From an uncultured Chitinophagaceae bacterium (GTDB lineage Bacteria > Bacteroidota > Bacteroidia > Chitinophagales > CAIOSU01), in NCBI GenBank assembly GCA_964430605.1, contig CAYSGX010000002.1:1-38159 (forward strand): a stretch of DNA of 38,159 nt, given 5' to 3'. Below the pieces are notes generated by a model, which saw only the letters and a list, made by a program, of their open reading frames with translations, was not told the origin of the DNA and searched no databases. Shown here in pieces: positions 25,213-34,735 of the stretch. Numbering within the stretch: the stretch's first letter is position 1; every line of letters begins with the position of its first letter. The position numbers were made by a program, and so were the translations under genes.

Positions 25213-25962
25213 TTATTTCCCTGCAAATAAAACATCTTCTTTCAAAACCACCGCTTCCATTTTTCGGTACACCTTTTCTTTTAAAGACTGGATATCATTT
25301 TCAGTTAATCCAATGGTAGCAATAGATTCTAAATAAATAGCCTTTAAATCTATTGGGTGAATTAAAAATTGCTCATTGCTCCACATGGCTTTTGTGTTGC
25401 ACATTACCATTGGCAAAACAGGCAATTGCGTTTCTATAGCAAGCCTGAAAGCACCATCGTAAAAATCTTTCAGCGGCTTAGTAGTCCTGTTTCTGGTGCC
25501 TTCCGGAAAAATTAATACTGAAATGTTTTCAGCAAGCAGTTTTCGTAAATCTTCTAAACTCTTTTTTCTGCTTTCAGCATCAGACCTATCTACAAACACC
25601 AGTGTCTTCTCAAAAATAAAACCCATGACAGGTATTTTTTTCAACTCAATTTTACCTAAAGGGCGGTACTTCATTTTTATTGCCATGGCAGCCGGAAACA
25701 TATCGGCCGCTGAGCTGTGATTAATGACAATGATATATGACTGGCTTTTATCAATATTTTCTTCACCGCTGACTTCAAGTTTACAGCCTGCAAAAAACAT
25801 CCAGCTACCTGCCCAAAATTGTATGTATTGATATAAAAAGACTGTTGCTTTAGATGGATAAAAAATACTAATCAGGAATGAACACGAAAAACCAATCAGC
25901 ATTAGTATCATAAACACAATGCTCAGATAGGCAGTATAAAAAATAAGCAGTAACTTTTTCAT
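25213..25962 (-). CDS. plsC: 1-acyl-sn-glycerol-3-phosphate acyltransferase
   Basis: Track ORF runs to 26013. ATG 25962 (MKKLLLIFYTAY) avoids overlapping the divergent neighbour. HX4D motif VINHSSAADM, plus FPEGTRN. Confidence 0.85.
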   Translation of the reverse strand: MKKLLLIFYTAYLSIVFMILMLIGFSCSFLISIFYPSKATVFLYQYIQFWAGSWMFFAGCKLEVSGEENIDKSQSYIIVINHSSAADMFPAAMAIKMKYRPLGKIELKKIPVMGFIFEKTLVFVDRSDAESRKKSLEDLRKLLAENISVLIFPEGTRNRTTKPLKDFYDGAFRLAIETQLPVLPMVMCNTKAMWSNEQFLIHPIDLKAIYLESIATIGLTENDIQSLKEKVYRKMEAVVLKEDVLFAGK

Positions 25963-26007
25963 TAATTTCAAAGTAACTAAACTTACACAGAATTGTAATT
26001 TCAATTT

Positions 26008-26877
26008 ATGCACAGCCGATTTATAAAAGCCAATGGTTTAAATTTTCATTTAAAAGAAAGTGGAAATGGCAGTTTAGTATTGCTGTTGCATGGCTTCCCT
26101 GAATTTTGGTATAGTTGGGTAAAAGTAATTCCGTTGCTCGATAAATATTTTAAAGTGGTAGTTCCTGACATGAGAGGCTATGGGCAAAGCGATAAACCAC
26201 AAAAAGTAAAAGACTATAATTTCAAAATATTGGCAAAAGATATTGCTGAAATTATAAAAGTTTCAGGCTATGAAAAAGCCATAATTGTGGGGCACGATTG
26301 GGGCGGTGGTGTTGCATGGGAATTTGCAAAGCTGTATCCTGAAATGACCGAAAAATTAATTGTGCTGAATTGCCCGCCTGCCATAAGATTACAAAACGCC
26401 ATACTCACCAATTGGAAACAATTTAAAATGAGTTGGTACATTTTCTTTTTTCAATTGCCTTTTATTCCTGAGTGGTGGCTACACAAAAATTTAAAAAATA
26501 TTTTCTGGCGAATGCTGAGAGGTTGGGCAATCAATAAAAATGCTTTTCAGAAAGAAGATATTGAACAATATGAAAAAGCATTTGCAAACAAAAGCGATTT
26601 CACAGGCCCGTTAAATTATTACCGTGCTGCCTCAAGAGCGTTGTTCGATAAAGATTTCAGAACCATTCCACAATATAATATGGACACGCTTATTATTTGG
26701 GGCGAATCTGATAAGGCTTTAGGTAAGTGGCTTATTGATGATTTAGAAAAATATTTTACCCGGAATTTTGAAATAAAATACATATCTAATTGCAGCCATT
26801 GGGTACAACAAGAACAACCCGAACTGGTGGCACAATATATTTTATCTTTCACAAAAACTAAAACTATACAATCATGA
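26008..26877 (+). CDS. Alpha/beta-fold hydrolase (epoxide-hydrolase-like)
   Basis: 289 aa. LLLHGFPEFWYSW, the nucleophile-elbow region VGHDWGG, and a C-terminal CSHWVQQEQP. Confidence 0.85.
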   Translation: MHSRFIKANGLNFHLKESGNGSLVLLLHGFPEFWYSWVKVIPLLDKYFKVVVPDMRGYGQSDKPQKVKDYNFKILAKDIAEIIKVSGYEKAIIVGHDWGGGVAWEFAKLYPEMTEKLIVLNCPPAIRLQNAILTNWKQFKMSWYIFFFQLPFIPEWWLHKNLKNIFWRMLRGWAINKNAFQKEDIEQYEKAFANKSDFTGPLNYYRAASRALFDKDFRTIPQYNMDTLIIWGESDKALGKWLIDDLEKYFTRNFEIKYISNCSHWVQQEQPELVAQYILSFTKTKTIQS

Positions 26878-27260
26878 ACATGAGCAACAAATTATTACCA
26901 TTAATTGCACGCATTCTGCTTTCACTGGTATTTATAAATTCAGGTATCAAGAAAATAACCGGCTTCGAATCGGTGAGCGCCAAGATGTATGAATCGGGCA
27001 TTACGTTTCAAACCGATTTATTTTTAGCCGGAGCAATATTTTTATTGTTAGCTGGCAGTTTACTATTAATCACTGGCTACAAAAGTAAAGTAGGCGCCTT
27101 TATGATTGTTCTTTTCTTAGTGCCCACCACCATTGTATTTCATTGGGATTTTGCCGACCCTAAACAAATGGGGCAACTGCTTAAAAATGCCGGACTTTTG
27201 GGTGGTTTATTAATGGTGTTATCTTATGGCACAGGAGAATTGAGTATAGGAAAGAAGTAA
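26874..27260 (+). CDS. DoxX-family membrane protein
   Basis: 128 aa with four hydrophobic helices. LIARILLSLVFINSGIKKI is a typical DoxX N-terminus. The 4-nt ATGA overlaps the upstream gene. Confidence 0.75.
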   Translation: MNMSNKLLPLIARILLSLVFINSGIKKITGFESVSAKMYESGITFQTDLFLAGAIFLLLAGSLLLITGYKSKVGAFMIVLFLVPTTIVFHWDFADPKQMGQLLKNAGLLGGLLMVLSYGTGELSIGKK

Positions 27261-27274
27261 GTACAATACAAACC

Positions 27275-27305
27275 AAAAGGCTGCCGGTTTTGGCAGCCCT
27301 TTTTG
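27275..27305 (+). terminator. Rho-independent terminator after the DoxX gene
   Basis: GGCTGCC (27279-27285), loop ggtttt, GGCAGCC (27292-27298), then CTTTTT. An upstream A-run could make it bidirectional. Confidence 0.65.
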
Positions 27306-27721
27306 GCGGTGATTTGCAACTCAGGGGCAGGAACCTGTCGGCAGCATCGGTTTTGTTACCGGTGAAGCTATAGGTGTTATGCCATTTAGACTTTAAATTT
27401 GGTTCATAAGAATAAAGGAGCTTGGTCATAGTTTACCGCACTTCCTTTCTCAATTAAATTAATTCCCAAAATTATTCTTTTGCAAGTCTAAAGGAGTTTG
27501 TTGAAGGATATAGTATTTAACGTTTTCATGGTTTGAAAAACTCCATGACAGACTTTTCCTATTGTTCGGAAACGACAAAATGACTTATGAAAAAGGTCTG
27601 ATACTAATTGTATTTCAAAAATGGTCTGATTATGCGTGATGGCTTTGAAATTTACAATAGTTTATACCGTAAGACATTATTAAACTAATATTGAAATATA
27701 AACGGTATAAGACGAGCATTT

Positions 27722-28147
27722 TTATTTTTTCCCCGACTTTTTCTTATTCGGTGCATCATCAGTTCCTGCCTTAAATATAAAAGGAACTACATACTGTACT
27801 CTCACAAGTCTTCCTCTTTGTCTTCCCGGCTTCCATGCAGGCATCTGTCTTACATGTTCCAATGCAATGTTATCTAATATTTCATCTACACCTCTTGCAA
27901 TTGCAGCATTAGTAACATTTCCTGCTGTATCAATAACAAACCGAACATATACCGTTCCTTCTTTTGTCTTATCAGGATATGGAACAGATGCGAGATACTC
28001 CTTCAATCCCTTCTCCCCACCCGGAAATTCAGGCATCTGTTCTACGATACTAAATACTACAGCAGAGTCTGCTGCATCTTTATCATGCTGCTGTGCCCAA
28101 CCTGCAATATAACAGCAACAGAGAAATAAAATCGTTCCTTGTTTCAT
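27722..28147 (-). CDS. TonB C-terminal-domain protein (energy transducer TonB family)
   Basis: 141 aa. Signal peptide, then VEQMPEFPGGEKGLKEYLASVPYP..GTVYVRFVIDTAGNV..AWKPGRQRGRLVRVQYVVPFIFK. Confidence 0.75.
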   Translation of the reverse strand: MKQGTILFLCCCYIAGWAQQHDKDAADSAVVFSIVEQMPEFPGGEKGLKEYLASVPYPDKTKEGTVYVRFVIDTAGNVTNAAIARGVDEILDNIALEHVRQMPAWKPGRQRGRLVRVQYVVPFIFKAGTDDAPNKKKSGKK

Positions 28148-28231
28148 AAAACTAAAATAAGATTATTTCTTAAATTTCGCTCTATTCATAACGCAACTCA
28201 TATCATAAAGAGCATTATGATTCCCGCTGCA

Positions 28232-29263
28232 CTAAGACATTCCCTTCATTTTCTGCTCCAATTCCCTCACCCGTTTTTCCAGTTCAGGCAGGTTGCGATA
28301 TACCGCTCTCGATTTCAGGCTGCGGTGATACTCAAATGCGGGCGAATCGAACCAAGCCTTGTTAGGCTCGGTAATAGATTTGCCAATGCCACTTTGCGCG
28401 CCAAAGCGTGAGCCATCGGCTATGGTTATATGTCCCACAAAACCTACCTGCCCGGCAACCACACAATTCTTGCCTAATTTGGTACTGCCCGAAACGCCTG
28501 TTTGCGCAGCAATAACAGTATTAGTACCAATTTCAACATTGTGAGCAATGGTTACTAAGTTATCGAGTTTCACGCCTTTGCGAATAATGGTGCTGCCCAT
28601 AGTAGCACGGTCTATCGTAGTGTTTGAGCCTATTTCCACATAGTCTTCAATAACTACATTGCCCAGTTGCGGTATTTTTTGGTAAGAACCGTCTTCCAAT
28701 GGCGCAAAGCCAAAACCATCGCTGCCCACAACCACACCCGAATGTAAAATACAGTTGCTGCCCACCACACAATCGTGGTAAATATTTACGCCTGAATGAA
28801 TAATGGTATTGTCGCCAATAACCGCATTTTCGCCCACAAAAACATGCGGCATAATTTTAACGTTGTTGCCAATTTTTGCACTGTCAGAAATGTAAGCAAA
28901 ACCCGCTACATAAACATTCTCGCCCAGCCTTGCCGAAGCTGAAACAAAGGCTTTTTCTTCCACGCCTTTTTTATCAAACCTGCCTCTCACAAACAACTCT
29001 AATATTTTAGTGAAAGCGGCATAAGCATCTTTCACCAAAATCAAAGTAGCATTTATATCATCGGTATATTGAAACGATTCGTTCACAATTAATACGCCTG
29101 CTTTAGTAGTGGCGGCATACTGCTCATACTTGGGGTTGGCTAAAAAACTTACGGCAGCGCTATCGGCTTCTTCAATTTTAGCGGGCTTGCTTACTATTAT
29201 GTCGGGGTTGCCCACTATGGCGCCCTCAACAAGCTTGGCAATTTTTGCGGCAGATAATTCCAT
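28232..29263 (-). CDS. lpxD: UDP-3-O-(3-hydroxyacyl)glucosamine N-acyltransferase
   Basis: 343 aa. Typical LpxD N-domain ([24 protein letters not shown]), followed by long hexapeptide (left-handed beta-helix) repeats. Confidence 0.93.
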   Translation of the reverse strand: MELSAAKIAKLVEGAIVGNPDIIVSKPAKIEEADSAAVSFLANPKYEQYAATTKAGVLIVNESFQYTDDINATLILVKDAYAAFTKILELFVRGRFDKKGVEEKAFVSASARLGENVYVAGFAYISDSAKIGNNVKIMPHVFVGENAVIGDNTIIHSGVNIYHDCVVGSNCILHSGVVVGSDGFGFAPLEDGSYQKIPQLGNVVIEDYVEIGSNTTIDRATMGSTIIRKGVKLDNLVTIAHNVEIGTNTVIAAQTGVSGSTKLGKNCVVAGQVGFVGHITIADGSRFGAQSGIGKSITEPNKAWFDSPAFEYHRSLKSRAVYRNLPELEKRVRELEQKMKGMS

Positions 29264-30498
29264 TATAGTTGTATGTTTTTAGGATAACACAAAAAGTATT
29301 TCACCACAGGTTCTGAAAGCACATTAATATTCATTTGGTCTGAAGCAATGGCAATATCTTTTGTGGTGTCGTCTTTATATAAAATATTAATGCTGTCGTC
29401 TTTAGCGTTGTAAGCGCTGTTGAAAGCAGTTTCGGCAAAAACAAAATAAGCCGCTTCTTCAAAAGAAATATTATACTCGTTGGCTGCTTTAATTTTCAGC
29501 ATATCAATTCCGGCAGTATCAAATTCAGCATTGCTCATTTCTATTTTGTAAAGTGTTCGGTTTACCAGCATTTCGCTTAGTGTGCCCAGCACTTTGTCGT
29601 CTTCATTCATCCACATTTTTACTGCTGAAAATAAATCGAAATCATCGAGCAATGAGAACTGGTGCAGTGCTTCGCTGTTTTGCTCGAAAGTTGTTTTATC
29701 AATATTGTTTTTCAGAAAATATTGTAAAGGCTTTGAAGCAGGAAGCGTTGCTCCTTTGCCTGCCAATTCTTTAGCGCGTTTCAGAATATTGATTAGTAAA
29801 TATTCGGCACTTAAAACAGTCTTGTGTAAATACACCTGCCAGTACATCAGCCTTCTGGAAATCAAAAACTTTTCTACGGAATAAATGCCTTTTTCTTCAA
29901 TTACCAGTTGGTCGTCTTTTACATTCAGCACATTCAGTAAACGGTCTGAAGCAATAACGCCTTCATATACTCCGGTATAAAAACTATCGCGTTTCAGATA
30001 ATCTAAACGGTCAACATCGAGCTGGCTCGAAATAAGCTGATGCAGAAATTTTTTATGATAGCGGTCGTTAAAAATTTCTATGGCTAACGAAAGTTTACCC
30101 TTAAACTCTTCATTGAGCTTTTTCATGAAGCAGTTAGACAAAAACTCATGGTTCACACCTTTAATCAATACGGTTTCTAAAGTATGCGAGTAAGGCCCAT
30201 GGCCAATATCATGCATTAATATACCTATTGAAACCGCTTCTGCTTCTTCGTTGGTTATCGCAATGCCTTTCAGTTTTAATACATCAATAGCCTGCCCCAT
30301 TAAATGCAGCGCGCCTAATGTATGCTGAAAACGATTGTGCATCGCACCGGGATACACATAGTAAGTTAAGCCTAACTGGGCGATGCGCCTGAGCCTTTGA
30401 AAATAAGGGTGTTCAATCAGTTGAAAAACAATTCCTTCAGGAATTGAAATAAATCCGTAAACGGGGTCGTTTAATATCTTTCTTTTTTCAGTTTGCAA
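29263..30498 (-). CDS. HD-domain phosphohydrolase (dNTPase/SAMHD1-like superfamily)
   Basis: 411 aa. [53 protein letters not shown]. The stop overlaps the lpxD start by 1 nt. Confidence 0.85.
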   Translation of the reverse strand: MQTEKRKILNDPVYGFISIPEGIVFQLIEHPYFQRLRRIAQLGLTYYVYPGAMHNRFQHTLGALHLMGQAIDVLKLKGIAITNEEAEAVSIGILMHDIGHGPYSHTLETVLIKGVNHEFLSNCFMKKLNEEFKGKLSLAIEIFNDRYHKKFLHQLISSQLDVDRLDYLKRDSFYTGVYEGVIASDRLLNVLNVKDDQLVIEEKGIYSVEKFLISRRLMYWQVYLHKTVLSAEYLLINILKRAKELAGKGATLPASKPLQYFLKNNIDKTTFEQNSEALHQFSLLDDFDLFSAVKMWMNEDDKVLGTLSEMLVNRTLYKIEMSNAEFDTAGIDMLKIKAANEYNISFEEAAYFVFAETAFNSAYNAKDDSINILYKDDTTKDIAIASDQMNINVLSEPVVKYFLCYPKNIQL

Positions 30499-30561
30499 TG
30501 ATATAAGCAGGGTAGGTGAAGATTAAATTATTCTATTTTTGTTCAAAATTAAAGTATATCC

Positions 30562-32118
30562 ATGAACTCAATTAATATATTATGGGCCGATGATGAGATT
30601 GATTTATTGAAACCCCAAATACTTTTCCTGAAAGAAAAAGGCTACGATGTTCATCCGGTTACCAATGGTACCGATGCCGTTAAGGCATGCAAAGAACAAC
30701 AGTTTGATGTGGTTTTTTTGGACGAGTCAATGCCCGGCCTTTCGGGTTTGCAAGCCCTGATGGAAATTAAAGCAATAGACAATAACCTGCCTATTGTAAT
30801 GATTACTAAAAACGAAGCTGAAGATATTATGGAAGAGGCTATCGGCTCGCAAATAGCCGATTATTTGATTAAGCCCGTTAAGCCCAATCAAATTTTACTA
30901 ACGCTGAAAAAGATAATTGACAACAAGCGTTTGGTAAGCGCTAAAACTACTTCCGATTACCAAAAAGAATTTCAGAAAATATTTGCCACCATACAAGACA
31001 GCAGCAGTTATAACGATTGGGTAGATATATACAAAACACTGGTGCGTTGGGAATTAGATTTAGGAAAATCTGATACGGCTGAAATGTCTAATGTATTACA
31101 AATGCAAAAGCAGGAAGCCAATACCGAGTTCAATAAGTTTGTAATGAAAAACTATATCAAGTGGCTCAGCAAACCCGATGATACCACACCAATACTGTCG
31201 CATAATTTATTGGCAAAAAAAGTGTTTCCGAAAGTGAATAAAGAAACGCCCACTTTTTTGGTGGTGATAGATAATCTCCGGTTAGACCAATGGAAAATTA
31301 TTCAGCCGTTAGTTAATCAGTTTTTTCGTTTTCAGGAAGAAGAATGCTTTTACAGTATTTTGCCCACTGCTACACAATATGCGCGTAATGCGCTCTTCGC
31401 GGGTATGTTGCCTTTAGATATTCAAAAGAAATATCCTGATAAGTGGAAGAACGATGACGATGAAGGGGGTAAAAATTTGTTTGAAGCCGATTTTTTGAAA
31501 GACAATATCAAACGTACCATTCACAGCGATATTAAAAGCGAATATTTTAAAATTACCAATCACAGCGATGGCAAACAATTAGAAGACAATATTCTGAATT
31601 ACCTGAATAACGATTTGGTGGTGATAGTTTACAATTTTGTAGATATGCTTTCACACGCCCGCACCGAAATGGAAGTGCTGAAAGAACTGGCGAGCGATGA
31701 AGCAGCCTATCGTTCTTTAACCCTTTCGTGGTTTGACCATTCGCCACTATTTAATATGCTAAGAAAATTAGCCGATAAAAAGGTAAATATTGTATTCACT
31801 ACTGACCATGGCACTATAAGAGTAAAACGCCCAAGCAAAATTATTGCCGACAGAAACACCACTACCAACTTGAGGTATAAAAACGGCAGGAATTTGAATT
31901 ACGAACCGAAAGACGTTTTTGAGATAAAAAAACCGGGTGAGGCTTTTCTGCCGGCACCTAATGTTAGTACTACCTATGTATTTGCCAAGGAAGATACATA
32001 TTTAGTATATCCCAACAACTACAATCACTTTGTAAATTTCTTTAAGAATACTTTTCAGCATGGAGGTATTTCACTCGAAGAAATGATTGTACCGCTTGCG
32101 TTTTATACCAGTAAGTAA
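30562..32118 (+). CDS. porX: Response regulator with PglZ/alkaline-phosphatase-like output domain, PorX-type (T9SS regulator)
   Basis: 518 aa. REC: ILWADDEIDLL..VVFLDESMPGLSG..PIVMITKNEAEDI. PglZ: VIDNLRLDQW, LPTATQYARNALFAG, TTDHGT, HGGISLEEMIVP. Confidence 0.8.
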   Translation: MNSINILWADDEIDLLKPQILFLKEKGYDVHPVTNGTDAVKACKEQQFDVVFLDESMPGLSGLQALMEIKAIDNNLPIVMITKNEAEDIMEEAIGSQIADYLIKPVKPNQILLTLKKIIDNKRLVSAKTTSDYQKEFQKIFATIQDSSSYNDWVDIYKTLVRWELDLGKSDTAEMSNVLQMQKQEANTEFNKFVMKNYIKWLSKPDDTTPILSHNLLAKKVFPKVNKETPTFLVVIDNLRLDQWKIIQPLVNQFFRFQEEECFYSILPTATQYARNALFAGMLPLDIQKKYPDKWKNDDDEGGKNLFEADFLKDNIKRTIHSDIKSEYFKITNHSDGKQLEDNILNYLNNDLVVIVYNFVDMLSHARTEMEVLKELASDEAAYRSLTLSWFDHSPLFNMLRKLADKKVNIVFTTDHGTIRVKRPSKIIADRNTTTNLRYKNGRNLNYEPKDVFEIKKPGEAFLPAPNVSTTYVFAKEDTYLVYPNNYNHFVNFFKNTFQHGGISLEEMIVPLAFYTSK

Positions 32119-32355
32119 TATTATTAGTTTTAGCTGAAACAAAATAGTTGTTTTACCGTATTAAATGCTATCACCAAAAAAATATAGATTATGAGGAAGA
32201 AATGGAATTGGGGAAGAGTAACCTTAGCATTAACCTTAGCTGTTTGTTTTTTATTCATGGAAAACACTTTTGCGTTTGGGAAAACAGTGATGTTGTAAAA
32301 GAATAACATTTCCGGTTGTTAAGGTTTCGTTAAAATCGAGTTTAATTTATTCAAT

Positions 32356-32402
32356 AAATGCCTGTTTAGAGCAATCTAAATGGGCATTTCTGTTTTGTTT
32401 AG
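32356..32402 (+). terminator. Terminator-like hairpin in the porX-gldL spacer
   Basis: AAATGCCTGTTTAGA (32356-32370), loop gcaa, TCTAAATGGGCATTT (32375-32389), which pairs 13 of 15. The tail CTGTTTTGTTT follows. Confidence 0.35.
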
Positions 32403-32519
32403 AAAAAAAAATTACTTTTATGGGTCAAAATAATTAAGTTTTAAAGTTTATTCTCTTATTTTAGCAAATCATTTTTTTAAGAAACTAATAATTTTAACCA
32501 CTAAAAAGAATATTTCATT

Positions 32520-33029
32520 ATGGCATTGGCAAAAAGAAAAGCAAGATTAAGCCCCTTAAATATGGCTTATGGTATTGGTGCTGCAATAGTACTCACCGGG
32601 GCTATGTTCAAGTTTTTAAACTGGAGATTTGCAAACGAAATGCTTTTTATCGGCTTAGCAACAGAGGCTATAGTATTCTTTATTTCAGCTTTTGAATTAA
32701 TAAAAGATGAAGATGAGTACCGTTGGGAGAAGGTATTTCCGCAGTTAACCTCTCAGGAACCAACCAACATTGAAAAAATGGAAGAGTTGTTTCAAAAAGT
32801 AAATTTAGATGCTACTGTGGTAGAAAAATTATCAAGCAGTATTGAACAGTTAGAACAAAACGTTTCTAAGCTTTCTTCTGCTTCTAACACGGCACATCTT
32901 CAGGAACAATTAGACAAGATGGCACAGACTACTCAAAGCTATGAAGTAGAATTAAGCAAACTCAATGCTAATATCGCCAAGTTAAGTTCTGTATATGACA
33001 AGATGTTAACAGCAATGCAAACCAAGTAG
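32520..33029 (+). CDS. gldL: Gliding motility / T9SS motor protein GldL (PorL)
   Basis: 169 aa. Two N-terminal TM helices (YGIGAAIVLTGAMFKF; LFIGLATEAIVFFISAFE) include the TM2 glutamate conserved in GldL/PorL. The tail is coiled-coil. Confidence 0.8.
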   Translation: MALAKRKARLSPLNMAYGIGAAIVLTGAMFKFLNWRFANEMLFIGLATEAIVFFISAFELIKDEDEYRWEKVFPQLTSQEPTNIEKMEELFQKVNLDATVVEKLSSSIEQLEQNVSKLSSASNTAHLQEQLDKMAQTTQSYEVELSKLNANIAKLSSVYDKMLTAMQTK

Positions 33030-33072
33030 TAGAAAATTATCGCCTTTATTATAACCAAGCACTAAAGAGCAA

Positions 33073-34713
33073 ATGAAATCGCAAAACCCGTTAAGGTATA
33101 AACTCATCAGTCTAATGTATCTGATATTCATTGCAATGGCGGTATTAAACTCGCCTGTTGAGTTTTTAGAAGCCTTTACAGATTTGAACAGGTCGTTGGA
33201 GCGCTCCAATTACAGATTAGATAAAGAAAATGAAAGGATTATTAATACTGTAGAAAGACTGGGTGTACAAGATTATACCAAGTATGGTGGTATTGCTGAA
33301 AAATTGAAAATGGCTAGATTTTATAGCGATAGTACAATAAGATACATTGAAGATTTAAAGTTTGATTTGATTTCAAAAACCGGTGGTTATTCTAAGTTTG
33401 GGCATTTAGTAAAAGGAATAGATGTTACCTTACCCACCAGAATTTACATCAAAGAAGGCGAGGCGGTAAAATTAAAAAACCTTCTGTCATTTACTAAAGA
33501 GCAATTAATGACACTATTAGCTGAAGCAGAACAAACTCTTTTGGACACTGTTTTAGTTACTACCGATTCAATCCCCAAAGCAAAAGGTATTTTTTACAAT
33601 TGGGAAAACTATTATTTCGATAATGTGCCATCAAGTGCGGTAGTGGCGTTGCTTTCAAAATTTCAAAATGATGTTCGGTTGGCTGAGGCTTTGGTTATTA
33701 AAACCTACTACGATAATGTTCAGGAAGGCTTTAATTATCAATATGTTGCCTCTTCCAGTACTAAAATAGATACCTTCAATTTGGAAAAAGGAGTAAAGAA
33801 ATTTGATGTATTTAATATTGGTGACGATGGTGTAGCAAGAGTAACGCTACCGTCTTCAGGTGGTGGCACTCCAACCTCTAACGCTGTTATCTATACTTAT
33901 GACGATAATAACAATATAATTGATAGTTTCCTTTTTAATAATGGTGTGGGCGAAATAAAACTGAAAACAGATCAAATCGGAGAATTCAGAATGAAAGGAA
34001 TGATAAGGTTCCGTTATCCTGAAAAGAAAGACGATAGTAACAAAACACAAAAAGATACCAAAACGTTAAGAGAGCAACCTAAAGATAAGACTGAGGATAA
34101 AAAATTTGAAATGGAGTATAAGGTGGTGAATCCTCAACCATTTATTTCGCAAAAAGAGTACAATGTTTTATATATGGGGCTTAATAACCCGTTAAACGTT
34201 TATCATCCTGAACATAAATCTGATAAATACAAGGTTTCTATTAATAACGGAAATGTAATTAAAGGAGACGATGGTTATTATGCGAGAGTAAATAATCTGG
34301 GTTATGCAACAGTAATATTAGAAGTGCCCGATGGAAAAGGTGGTTATAAAAAAGTAGCGGAAGAAGTATTTAAAGTGAAAGAATTACCTACACCAAAGGT
34401 AGTTTTGTTTAATCAAATCGGGGGAGGAATGGCATCCAGAATATTTAAGATGCAGAAAGGTTTGGAAATTGATGCCAAAAACATGGAAGTAGATAATAAG
34501 TTCAGAGTTATTGAATACAACATGACTTATATCAACGGAAATGGTTTAGGAATTTTCACTGAATCGGTTAAGGGGTCTTATTTCAGTGGAAAATCTAAAG
34601 AACTGGTTGAATTAGCATCACCGGGAGATATGTATATTTTTGATAACATCTATATCAAAGGCCCTGATGGAAAGAATAAAAAAGTAGATCCAATTGTATT
34701 TAAAATTAATTAA
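33073..34713 (+). CDS. gldM: Gliding motility / T9SS protein GldM (PorM)
   Basis: 546 aa. GldM_N-type start: NPLRYKLISLMYLIFIAMAVLNSPVEFLEAF. A long periplasmic region has Ig-like C-terminal repeats. Immediately follows gldL. Confidence 0.8.
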   Translation: MKSQNPLRYKLISLMYLIFIAMAVLNSPVEFLEAFTDLNRSLERSNYRLDKENERIINTVERLGVQDYTKYGGIAEKLKMARFYSDSTIRYIEDLKFDLISKTGGYSKFGHLVKGIDVTLPTRIYIKEGEAVKLKNLLSFTKEQLMTLLAEAEQTLLDTVLVTTDSIPKAKGIFYNWENYYFDNVPSSAVVALLSKFQNDVRLAEALVIKTYYDNVQEGFNYQYVASSSTKIDTFNLEKGVKKFDVFNIGDDGVARVTLPSSGGGTPTSNAVIYTYDDNNNIIDSFLFNNGVGEIKLKTDQIGEFRMKGMIRFRYPEKKDDSNKTQKDTKTLREQPKDKTEDKKFEMEYKVVNPQPFISQKEYNVLYMGLNNPLNVYHPEHKSDKYKVSINNGNVIKGDDGYYARVNNLGYATVILEVPDGKGGYKKVAEEVFKVKELPTPKVVLFNQIGGGMASRIFKMQKGLEIDAKNMEVDNKFRVIEYNMTYINGNGLGIFTESVKGSYFSGKSKELVELASPGDMYIFDNIYIKGPDGKNKKVDPIVFKIN

Positions 34714-34735
34714 AGCATTATAAAAGCCAACTATC

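Noticed and set aside
27181-27429. The 82-aa minus-strand ORF in the DoxX-TonB gap
   Set aside because: It reads through the rho-independent terminator and into the DoxX coding region, and it has no recognisable motif.
29263-30498. The HD-domain dNTPase-like protein as an anti-phage dNTP-depletion enzyme
   Set aside because: It overlaps lpxD by one base in a housekeeping operon, and from memory this HD-lpxD pairing is conserved in Bacteroidota. There is no accessory context.
30562-32118. The PglZ-domain protein as a BREX component
   Set aside because: The PglZ domain is fused to an N-terminal receiver domain in a 518-aa protein next to gldL/gldM, which is the PorX (T9SS regulator) architecture. 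No other BREX genes are present.
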